DNA of 64,000 bases, taken from positions 5,873 to 69,872 of the forward strand of contig CASIBX010000005.1 in NCBI GenBank assembly GCA_949373075.1, read 5' to 3'. Within the stretch, counting starts at the first letter, position 1; every line of letters begins with the position of its first letter. Both the position numbers and the translations under genes were made by a program. Of the stretch, positions 28,077 through 35,369 are shown one piece after another. The notes under the pieces are model-generated. The model saw only the letters and a program-made list of their open reading frames with translations. It did no database searches and had not been told where the DNA came from. This stretch comes from Candidatus Poseidoniaceae archaeon. Its GTDB lineage: Archaea; Thermoplasmatota; Poseidoniia; Poseidoniales; Poseidoniaceae.

Positions 28077-28894
28077 GGTGGATGATTATGCACACAGCAG
28101 CAAAAGTACTTCTCATCATTGGAACGATTGCAACGGTAATAGGAATTGGAGGCTTTGCAATAGGTGCTGGCCAAGTCGATGATATAGGGGACAGTTGGAA
28201 TACGTTTGAATTTGAAGATGCAACAAATGGTACAATCACAATTGAAGACACAGACGGAATGGGCGACATCGGATTGACATTTTGGGTCAAAGGTGTATAT
28301 GAAGACAAAGATGGAGACGGAACCTGGGATGTCTGCCAAAACACCAATGTTACTATCACAGAAAGTCCTGATGTGAACAATTCTTGGGAATGGGCTGAAA
28401 TTTTGGATGGCAATTTCTACAACGAAGTTCAAGCAAACCAAGGATGTGATTCTAACGATAAAAACATCAATAATGATCGAGAAGCTAAGGGTCTAGCCAA
28501 AATTGGTCGTGCATGCTGGGGTTGTTATGCAGGAAACGTTTCATTTGAATCCAATCAAAGTGTCTGGGTAACCTATGAGGAAAAAGTTGGTGAAGAATTG
28601 GGTGAGGACGTAGGAATACTAATCCTAGGGTTCATTGGCGGTTTCGGCGGTGTTTGCTGTGGTGTTTTGTTCTTGATAATTGGTGGAATCATGGCATTAA
28701 CCATGAAAGATAACAAGCAGGAAATGATGTATGCCCCACCTGCTGATAACCAAATGATGATGGTGAATAATCCTACTACCACCCACATGTCTAGTCCGCA
28801 ATTTGGAGAGTCAGACCAACCTCAAATGAATGCTCCAGCTACAACACATATGTCTCAACCCTCATTTGAGAAACCGCCACAAGGTGGCCTTTAA
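28073..28894 (+). CDS. Hypothetical membrane protein with acidic ectodomain and Q/M/P-rich tail
   Basis: GTG at 28073 overlaps the SPFH stop (GTGA). In-frame ATGs at 28082 and 28088 follow a GAGGTG SD. The protein has N- and C-proximal helices. The tail carries the duplicated motif TTHMSSPQFGE / TTHMSQPSFEK. Confidence 0.55.
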   Translation: MRWMIMHTAAKVLLIIGTIATVIGIGGFAIGAGQVDDIGDSWNTFEFEDATNGTITIEDTDGMGDIGLTFWVKGVYEDKDGDGTWDVCQNTNVTITESPDVNNSWEWAEILDGNFYNEVQANQGCDSNDKNINNDREAKGLAKIGRACWGCYAGNVSFESNQSVWVTYEEKVGEELGEDVGILILGFIGGFGGVCCGVLFLIIGGIMALTMKDNKQEMMYAPPADNQMMMVNNPTTTHMSSPQFGESDQPQMNAPATTHMSQPSFEKPPQGGL

Positions 28895-28906
28895 TCGGGG
28901 GATTAA

Positions 28907-29116
28907 ATGATTGAAATCAGTTCTTTGATGAATTTCATAGGAGCGGCTCTTATGCTGCTTTATGTGGGATATTGCTGGGTTAACCAGGGTTGCCACCACA
29001 AAGGAAAAGGGTGGAGGACAAGAGAAGAATCTCCAAAGGGATTCTGGTTTACAATCGTGCTTTGGTTAGTGATAAGTACTGTAACAATCGCTTCGGGTCT
29101 ATTCTTTAAGAGGTGA
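28907..29116 (+). CDS. Small hypothetical two-helix membrane protein
   Basis: 69-aa ORF with two hydrophobic segments, tightly packed within the operon. No other support. Confidence 0.4.
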   Translation: MIEISSLMNFIGAALMLLYVGYCWVNQGCHHKGKGWRTREESPKGFWFTIVLWLVISTVTIASGLFFKR

Positions 29117-29121
29117 AGGGG

Positions 29122-29358
29122 ATGAAGAGTGGTAAATGCCCCAAGTGTGGAAGTATTAGTTTAACAACAGAAAGGAAAGCCAGATTTCAAGGAACTGAAG
29201 GACTGATGATGATTTCATGTACACAGTGCAGGTACGTGGAATTATATGTCCCAGATGTTCAAGAAAAGTCCAAACAAAAAAGAAATATGTGGCTGATTCA
29301 CCTTTCGATTTGGGGTTCAATGTTTGCAATAATTTTCATATCGGTAATAGCTAATTAG
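29122..29358 (+). CDS. Zinc-ribbon protein with C-terminal TM helix (paralog 1)
   Basis: MKSGKCPKCGS...CTQCRYVELY, then the helix WLIHLSIWGSMFAIIFISVIA. An AGGTGAAGGGG SD precedes the ATG. The track ORF starts at a GTG at 29113. Confidence 0.6.
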   Translation: MKSGKCPKCGSISLTTERKARFQGTEGLMMISCTQCRYVELYVPDVQEKSKQKRNMWLIHLSIWGSMFAIIFISVIAN

Positions 29359-29369
29359 AAGGTGAGATA

Positions 29370-29630
29370 ATGAAGGATAGAAAATGCCCCAAGTGTGGAA
29401 GTTCAGACCTAAAGGCCCCCAGGCACATTCGAGCGAGAGGTGTAACGTCTGCAAAGACTGCGGATTTGAACATAATTACTTGTAGGAAATGCATGTACAC
29501 CGAGTTTTACGAGCTAACTGAAGGCGAAGTGGCTCCTATCGACAAAAAGGCTGGCATGATCTTCCTTTTTGCTGCAGTACTGCCAACTCTGATTGGTATT
29601 GGAGTTTCAGTTTGGTTGATTTGGGGATGA
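29370..29630 (+). CDS. Zinc-ribbon protein with C-terminal TM helix (paralog 2)
   Basis: MKDRKCPKCGSS...CRKCMYTEFYE, then the helix MIFLFAAVLPTLIGIGVSVWLIW. It has the same architecture and KCPKCGS motif as the upstream gene. An AGGTGA SD lies upstream. Confidence 0.6.
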   Translation: MKDRKCPKCGSSDLKAPRHIRARGVTSAKTADLNIITCRKCMYTEFYELTEGEVAPIDKKAGMIFLFAAVLPTLIGIGVSVWLIWG

Positions 29631-29675
29631 AGATTACACAACAAATGAAGTAAGAATTAACAAAAATGGGTGGGG

Positions 29676-29837
29676 ATGATGGATAAGAAAAAGATTCTTC
29701 TGAGGCTTGACCCTAAGCTTCACGAAGCCCTAAGACGATGGGCTGAAGATGAATTTAGGTCTGTTAATTCACACATAGAGTTCCTACTGAAAAAATCACT
29801 CAAGGACAACAGGCAATCCGATTCAAGTGAAGAATAG
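29676..29837 (+). CDS. Arc/MetJ-type ribbon-helix-helix DNA-binding protein
   Basis: Not in the ORF track (53 aa). The translation is MMDKKKILLRLDPKLHEALRRWAEDEFRSVNSHIEFLLKKSLKDNRQSDSSEE. It fits the Arc-like RHH pattern (beta strand LLRLD, then L..A....RS.N..I..LL...L). A GGGTGGGG SD lies upstream. Confidence 0.65.
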   Translation: MMDKKKILLRLDPKLHEALRRWAEDEFRSVNSHIEFLLKKSLKDNRQSDSSEE

Positions 29838-29857
29838 AGGCTATGGGTCAATGGTGA

Positions 29858-30277
29858 ATGAACTCTGAACCAAGAAATACACAGTTTGAAGTATTGATTT
29901 CCTTACGCAGAGTCATGTCGATACAGAAGAATGCCTTAGGCCAAGATATAGGAGAATGCTCTTGCAAGCCGATGACTGGCTGGTATAGAGACGGAAGTTG
30001 CAAAACCGACGAGATGGATAGAGGCTCGCATACAGTTTGCTGCATAGTTAACGAAGAGTTTCTAGAATTTGCACGCTCTAAGGGCAATGACTTGATCACA
30101 CCCGCTCCGCAATTCAACTTTCCTGGATTGAAGCCAGGAGATTCATGGTGCGTCTGTGCAAGAACTTGGCTAGATGCTCTCAACCATGGTAAAGCATGCC
30201 CTGTAGACCTAGAAGCTACAAACATCAAAGCCCTGGAAATCATTCCACTAGAACTACTCGAAGATAGAGCAGTTTGA
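29858..30277 (+). CDS. DUF2237 family protein
   Basis: NALGQDIGECSCKPMTGWYRDGSCKTDEMDRGSHTVCCIVNEEFLEF...GNDLITP...FPGLKPGDSWCVCARTW matches the conserved DUF2237 pattern along its length. Confidence 0.75.
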   Translation: MNSEPRNTQFEVLISLRRVMSIQKNALGQDIGECSCKPMTGWYRDGSCKTDEMDRGSHTVCCIVNEEFLEFARSKGNDLITPAPQFNFPGLKPGDSWCVCARTWLDALNHGKACPVDLEATNIKALEIIPLELLEDRAV

Positions 30278-33073
30278 TTATTCACTCTCACTTACAGGTT
30301 GATTGACCATAACAGATGCCCCTGATTCAGTTGCTAACTTTCTAGCGTCTTGCTTTAGGAAAGGCGTGTAAAGAGCAGGCAATAAGAACAGGCTTGAGAC
30401 GAGTGCCAGAACTATTGCAACAACGAAAACTTGTCCAAACAATTGCAGAGGTACAAGAGATGAGAAGTTCAGAACAGAGAATCCACCTGCAGTAGTAATA
30501 GCAGCACCAAACATAGCACGCCCTGTTGTAGCGGCAGATTTTGTAGTCCATTCTGAAGGGTTAGCATTTGGAGCATGCTCAACCTCTTCTTCCATCCTTG
30601 TAGTGAAATGTACCGCATAATCAACACCCAAACCAAGTGTCAAAGCACCTATCGTAACCGTCTGTGAATTGAGTTGATATCCAGTTAGGCCCATTATTCC
30701 ATAAACCCAAACAACAACTACCATCAAAGGAATCCAAGTCACAAATCCTCTTGCTGCACCACGTACGAAATTCTTCTGACGCGCAGTGTTTATTCCAACA
30801 AGCATCACCAAAATAACTCCTGCAACTGTTGCAGTAGAAATTACAGCAGAATCCGCAACGTCTGCGGTTATTTGGGCAGTAATTAGTGAGCGTCCAGAGA
30901 TTTGAATCGAATAATCACCAGCCATATATCCTTCTAGTTGTGATAAAGCATCACTTAATTCGTCTTCAAAGATTACTGTTGCTCCCCAATCAAGAGTTGC
31001 CGCTTGGAAAGAAATTACAGTTTGTGTAGCATCAGAATTGAGGTTTCCAGAAGATATATTGCGTCCAGCATCACTCAATAACCAGGTTTTTAGCATGTCC
31101 CATGAAGCCTCTGAACCATCTAACTGAATCAGCAAATTATCGAGTTCATCATTTGATGAACGTGATTCTTCTAATATGCCCCAAATACCAATTGGTAAAC
31201 CATTTATTTCATCCGTACCAGATAACTCTTCGATGATAAGAGCATAGATTAATCTCCCTTCAGGTGAGATAATATCTCCATCTAAAACGACATACAGAGG
31301 AGAAGGACTGCTCTGGAATTCATCTGCAATCATCAAGAAATCGGCAACCACCGGAACTGAATCATCAAAGTTGTCTCTAGTATCAAAACCGACTTCCAAC
31401 TGTTGGAAACCGATGAACATAGGAACCGAAATTATCACTGTAACAATAACGACAATTACTGGTGTTTCTGTTAGAGAACCTATCCATTTTGAAATCGGAC
31501 CGATTTCATTTTTCCCAGATTTAGCCAGTGGTAATTTCTTGGGTGGAATAATCATCATCAATGCGGGGAGGGCAGTAATACTCAGTAGATAGATGAAGAA
31601 CAATCCAATTGCAATTACTGTTCCAAAGGAGACTAAGAATTGCTGAGATGAAAATCGGAAGGAGAGGAATCCTACCATGTCGGTAAAGATAGCAACCATA
31701 AGTGCAGCAGAAGTTAAAATTGTACCTCTACGAATTGCTAACTTCCTTGCTTCTAAGGAGAAATCACGCAGTGTTTCCCTTCCCTGGGGGTCATTCTTCT
31801 CTTGGTCTTGCAACTCTTCTCTAATTCTGGCAACTACGTGTAAGCCGTAGTCGACACCAATTGCAAGAAGTAAAATTGGAATAGAATTCATCGCCGCATT
31901 AAATACCATATTTGCGCCTAATAAAGTAAGCAAACCAGCCATACCATATGTCGCCAAAATCGCGAATACAGTCAGTATCAGTACATTCGCAGTATCTCTT
32001 TTACTTCGGAATTTAGTCCATAGAATGAAACCAAGAAGTAAAAGACAAATCGAGTTAAGAATCCCTAATTCTTTGCCAAGATTCGCATTTTGCCCAGTAG
32101 ATAATTGTGAAAACGAAAACACAGACACTCCAGAATCACCCGTCTCTTCAGCTGCTTGTTTGGACAAATCGTCTGCCCACAATGTGACTTTCTCTTGAAC
32201 ATCTCCTATTACTTCGACTCCGTGTTCAGCAGGATCGGTTACAACAACGAAGGTAGTCAAGACTGGTCCATCAGAGGACCAAGGGTCATCGGAATCATCT
32301 GCTGGAAGGTTCGATACCATCATCGAACGATAATCAATAGATTGTAACCCAGTCAGCAAACCTAACTTCCCAGAGATTGGCCCAGTGACTGCCGAGATAT
32401 CAGTTGCATTGGGGCCTTGATTCAAAGCATTAAGTTGACCAATCATTATCCCTAGTGATTGAGATAAGTTGTCACCTGAATCTAATCTATTTAGCCAAAT
32501 CGCTGGGTCTTCTGGCTCCCATGAACGTAATTCATCTGCGCTAACAACGCCAGGAGAAGGAATCGAGTTACCGGTTGTAAAGAGAACATCCAAATTGGCT
32601 TGCAAGGTTGAATTATTAGAATTTGCAACATTAGAAATGGCTGAATTCATTTCCAAAATCCAGCCCGAAGCTGTGTCTTGATCTTGCAGATTATGCCACT
32701 GTATTGCAGAACTAGCCATACCATTGTTCGCCTGTACTCCAAATAGCGGATATTGGTACTGATTCAAATCAGGGTTTTCAATAAGGATTGCTTCAAGGAT
32801 TGCCAATTGTTTCCATGTTGAATCGATGTACAAATCGCCAGACTCTATCTCATCAATGAAACGAATAAAGTCGATTGACGCTTGGTATTCATCCTCAACG
32901 TCATTTAGCAGTCTAACAGTTTCATTGTCAGGGAAAAAGGCGTCTTCGCTATTGTCAAAATTAATGAACATTGCATTTGGAGTCAGCGCCAGTAAGAACA
33001 CAACTATAATCGCGAGAGCGGTTTTAGGACGTCCCACACTGAAATTGGTCATCTCATTGAAAATATTCTTCAT
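30278..33073 (-). CDS. RND-superfamily exporter (MMPL/COG1033-like, two SSD-type 6-TM bundles)
   Basis: 931 aa. Its layout is N-terminal helix, large periplasmic-type domain, TM bundle, second soluble domain, second TM bundle. Motifs are GVDYGLHVVARIREE and GLGVDYAVHFTTRMEEE. Confidence 0.75.
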   Translation of the reverse strand: MKNIFNEMTNFSVGRPKTALAIIVVFLLALTPNAMFINFDNSEDAFFPDNETVRLLNDVEDEYQASIDFIRFIDEIESGDLYIDSTWKQLAILEAILIENPDLNQYQYPLFGVQANNGMASSAIQWHNLQDQDTASGWILEMNSAISNVANSNNSTLQANLDVLFTTGNSIPSPGVVSADELRSWEPEDPAIWLNRLDSGDNLSQSLGIMIGQLNALNQGPNATDISAVTGPISGKLGLLTGLQSIDYRSMMVSNLPADDSDDPWSSDGPVLTTFVVVTDPAEHGVEVIGDVQEKVTLWADDLSKQAAEETGDSGVSVFSFSQLSTGQNANLGKELGILNSICLLLLGFILWTKFRSKRDTANVLILTVFAILATYGMAGLLTLLGANMVFNAAMNSIPILLLAIGVDYGLHVVARIREELQDQEKNDPQGRETLRDFSLEARKLAIRRGTILTSAALMVAIFTDMVGFLSFRFSSQQFLVSFGTVIAIGLFFIYLLSITALPALMMIIPPKKLPLAKSGKNEIGPISKWIGSLTETPVIVVIVTVIISVPMFIGFQQLEVGFDTRDNFDDSVPVVADFLMIADEFQSSPSPLYVVLDGDIISPEGRLIYALIIEELSGTDEINGLPIGIWGILEESRSSNDELDNLLIQLDGSEASWDMLKTWLLSDAGRNISSGNLNSDATQTVISFQAATLDWGATVIFEDELSDALSQLEGYMAGDYSIQISGRSLITAQITADVADSAVISTATVAGVILVMLVGINTARQKNFVRGAARGFVTWIPLMVVVVWVYGIMGLTGYQLNSQTVTIGALTLGLGVDYAVHFTTRMEEEVEHAPNANPSEWTTKSAATTGRAMFGAAITTAGGFSVLNFSSLVPLQLFGQVFVVAIVLALVSSLFLLPALYTPFLKQDARKLATESGASVMVNQPVSESE

Positions 33074-33160
33074 ACGCTATCCTTTACCGCTGCATTATTC
33101 TCAGTTATATTGACTTGTTTGAAATCGAGGGTGATGACATGGAATGATGTGCATTAGCAA

Positions 33161-33293
33161 TGGTGCCGGGAGCGGGGCTTGAACCCGCGACCTTCGGATG
33201 TCTCAGACACGAGAAGGGGCTTTGGTACGTCTCAATTAGCTCGTTAGAAGCTGCCCTATGAGTCCGACGCGCCACCAACTACGCCACCCCGGC
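33161..33293 (-). tRNA. Intron-containing tRNA with CAT anticodon (elongator Met, or Ile2 if C34 is modified), encoded CCA
   Basis: Minus-strand fold. Acceptor GCCGGGG/TCCCGGC. D arm GCGT-AGTTGGTG-GCGC. Anticodon stem TCGGA...TCCGA with loop CTCATA|intron|A. Variable loop AGGTC. T arm GCGGG-TTCAAGC-CCCGC. Discriminator A, then CCA. G1:C72 and the absence of a GGG/CCC anticodon stem argue against an initiator. Confidence 0.85.
33200..33256 (-). other. 57-nt tRNA intron at the canonical 37/38 position
   Basis: Removing GGGCAGCTTCTAACGAGCTAATTGAGACGTACCAAAGCCCCTTCTCGTGTCTGAGAC restores a 7-nt anticodon loop and a 73-nt body. The exact boundaries (+/- 1-2 nt) need a bulge-helix-bulge fold. Confidence 0.7.
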
Positions 33294-33440
33294 AAGTAGT
33301 CCGCCCACCGTACACCCCTCTTTGAAGGATGCGGACTCGCAAGACAACGGTATATACAATTGAATATCAAGATTTATTTTCCGAAAACACAGTTTATTTT
33401 GACCACAGCCTTCATTCACCGGCAACCATCCGCTTAACTG

Positions 33441-34286
33441 ATGGTCGACATCAATACCGCTATGGCCGCCGCCGCTACAGAGCGACGCAATCGAGGCACT
33501 GGTGACAAGGAGAGGAAGAAGAACCGCTCTGGTGCAGACATGGGAATTGAAGCATTTGACCCTGTCAAACATGTAGAGAAAGAAAAGGCAGATACATTTT
33601 CAATGTGGTTAGTAATTACTTTTGCAGCATCCATGGCATTGATTATGAGATATGTAGCCATGCCCAGCGCTCAAGACAATGCAGACATGCTTTGGTTTAT
33701 TCCAATGTTAGCAATATTTTTGCTACCTTCGGTTCACAGAGCAATACTGTCGGAAAAACTTGTAGAGCACTACACCAAGGGCACCTGGTTCAAAGCATCA
33801 TTCCTACATATTTTCACTTGGCTTGCGATAACTTTCCTACTGACTAATGCACCTTTTGCAGATATTGTTGCACCACAAGTGGATGATGGATGGGGCATGA
33901 TTTCTGTTAATGAAGAAGGTGAGTATGATTATGTCAAATCAAGTAAAATAAATCTCACTGAAGGATATACTGGCGAGCATTACCTCGTCCTCGCATTCTC
34001 AGATAACAAGGATGCATCAGACTCTAAATATACGATTTCACTGAAGGACAGTGAACTTCCATTGAACAATTCTTGGGAAGATGTCGAGGCGATTGATGAC
34101 TCTGCATTAGACTCCGTAAGAAAGCATGATGATATCGACCATCCTTTCGCAATCCGAGTACCAGATAACTTAGACGCTGGAGAATATACAATGCTAATCA
34201 AAGTCGTTGAGAATGGAGACCCATGGAAAAACACCCGAACAGTAAAACTAGATTTCACCATCAAAGAAATTGAAGTTGAAGACTAA
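33441..34286 (+). CDS. Hypothetical membrane protein with basic N-terminus and acidic C-terminal ectodomain
   Basis: 281-aa ORF with 4 hydrophobic helices followed by a beta-rich acidic domain. The start is uncertain, with an alternative M34 at 33540. Confidence 0.5.
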   Translation: MVDINTAMAAAATERRNRGTGDKERKKNRSGADMGIEAFDPVKHVEKEKADTFSMWLVITFAASMALIMRYVAMPSAQDNADMLWFIPMLAIFLLPSVHRAILSEKLVEHYTKGTWFKASFLHIFTWLAITFLLTNAPFADIVAPQVDDGWGMISVNEEGEYDYVKSSKINLTEGYTGEHYLVLAFSDNKDASDSKYTISLKDSELPLNNSWEDVEAIDDSALDSVRKHDDIDHPFAIRVPDNLDAGEYTMLIKVVENGDPWKNTRTVKLDFTIKEIEVED

Positions 34287-35251
34287 CCTAGCAATTGAGA
34301 AAGCCTTGCTGTAAGAGCATCGAGTTGAATTGCTTCCCCTCCGCCTTCAACCAATCTGAAATCAATTTCAGCCATCAATTCAGTAAGCTCAAGTTTCTGA
34401 ATCTCTGAAAGGAAATCTGCACCGTATAATTCACGATGAAGCTGATTTACAAAATCAGTACCTGCAAGACCATAACGATCTAACAATTCGCGCAATCTCC
34501 TTCTTGCTGCATGAAACCCATCTTGCCTGCATGCCATCAAATATTGATGCAATGATTCAGGAGGAGCGGTTGCGCTGGTCTCATAAATCAAATTGCGTGT
34601 TACATCTTTTTCTAGAGCAGCAGCAACTTGGAGAGCAGTGATGGCTTTCCTCAAATCGCCTTGAGAAATTCTGACCAATGCTTCAGCAGCCTCATCATCT
34701 AAGCCAATACCTTCCAATTTCGCAACAGCCTTGACCTGATCTAAGACATCAACATCCGCTAAAGGCCTAAATCTGAAAACTGCACATCGACTTTGAATTG
34801 GTTCGATGATTTTACTTGAATAATTGCATGAAAGAATGAAACGACATGTTTGAGCATACTGTTCCATAATTCTTCGCAAGGCACCTTGTGCATCATGTGT
34901 TAATGCATCTGCCTCATCCAAGAAAATAATTTTGAAATCTGCACCGCCATAAGGAGCGGTTCTTGCGAATTGCTTTACTTTGGTTCGAATGCTCTCGAGT
35001 TTACGCTCATCACTAGCATTCATTTCAAGCAAGTTATTTCTGAAATCTGTACCGAATACATCTCTGGTCAAAGCCATGGCAGCAGTTGTTTTACCAGTGC
35101 CTGGCGGTCCAGCAAACAGCAAGTGAGGGAAGTCTGCAATCTTAGCATAAGATGCCAATCTTTGAACTACAGAAGCCTGACCACGGATATCTCCAACCGT
35201 TCGAGGACGGTGACGCTCTACCCAAAGTTCACTCATGCGAATCAAGGTCAT
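34283..35251 (-). CDS. rfcS: Replication factor C small subunit
   Basis: WVERHRP, FAGPPGTGKTT (Walker A), FLDEADALT (Walker B/DEAD), ILSCNYSSKIIEPIQSRC (SRC motif). The 322-aa length is typical. Confidence 0.92.
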   Translation of the reverse strand: MTLIRMSELWVERHRPRTVGDIRGQASVVQRLASYAKIADFPHLLFAGPPGTGKTTAAMALTRDVFGTDFRNNLLEMNASDERKLESIRTKVKQFARTAPYGGADFKIIFLDEADALTHDAQGALRRIMEQYAQTCRFILSCNYSSKIIEPIQSRCAVFRFRPLADVDVLDQVKAVAKLEGIGLDDEAAEALVRISQGDLRKAITALQVAAALEKDVTRNLIYETSATAPPESLHQYLMACRQDGFHAARRRLRELLDRYGLAGTDFVNQLHRELYGADFLSEIQKLELTELMAEIDFRLVEGGGEAIQLDALTARLSQLLG

Positions 35252-35303
35252 AATAGGACGAACTTGAACCTTCGCTTTGCTAGAGTTCAGACCTCATTTC
35301 TCC

Positions 35304-35322
35304 GGCCACCCTACGGGTGGCC
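35304..35322. promoter_or_regulatory. GC-rich perfect hairpin in the divergent rfcS / giant-gene intergenic region
   Basis: GGCCACCC-tac-GGGTGGCC is an 8-bp stem (7 GC pairs) with a 3-nt loop. It lies 48 nt upstream of the ATG at 35370 and just before an AAACTATA TATA-like element at 35333-35340. Confidence 0.25.
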
Positions 35323-35369
35323 AGCCGAAAGGAAACTATACCACCTCTGTCAATGGTTACCCGAGCCCA

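Noticed and set aside
26337-28441. Minus-strand ORFs of 137-165 aa (26337-26834, 27944-28441, 28000-28413)
   Set aside because: They are antisense to the CD36-like gene, the SPFH gene and the following membrane-protein gene. They are Cys/Ser-rich shadow frames.
29848-30291. 147-aa minus-strand ORF
   Set aside because: It is exactly antisense to the DUF2237 gene, whose translation matches a conserved family along its whole length.
33133-33160. GTGATGA / AATGATG C-box-like strings next to the tRNA 3' end
   Set aside because: There is no downstream CTGA D box within 40-70 nt on either strand before the tRNA or the RND gene, so a C/D sRNA is not supported.
33200-33256. Box C/D sRNA embedded in the tRNA intron
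   Set aside because: Only a terminal CUGA (D-box-like) is present. I found no RUGAUGA C box or C'/D' pair in the 57 nt, so I do not call a guide RNA.
33279-33661. Minus-strand ORFs 33279-33572 and 33434-33661
   Set aside because: The first overlaps the 5' end of the tRNA gene and the tRNA promoter region. Both are antisense to the start of the 33441-34286 gene, and neither has a motif.
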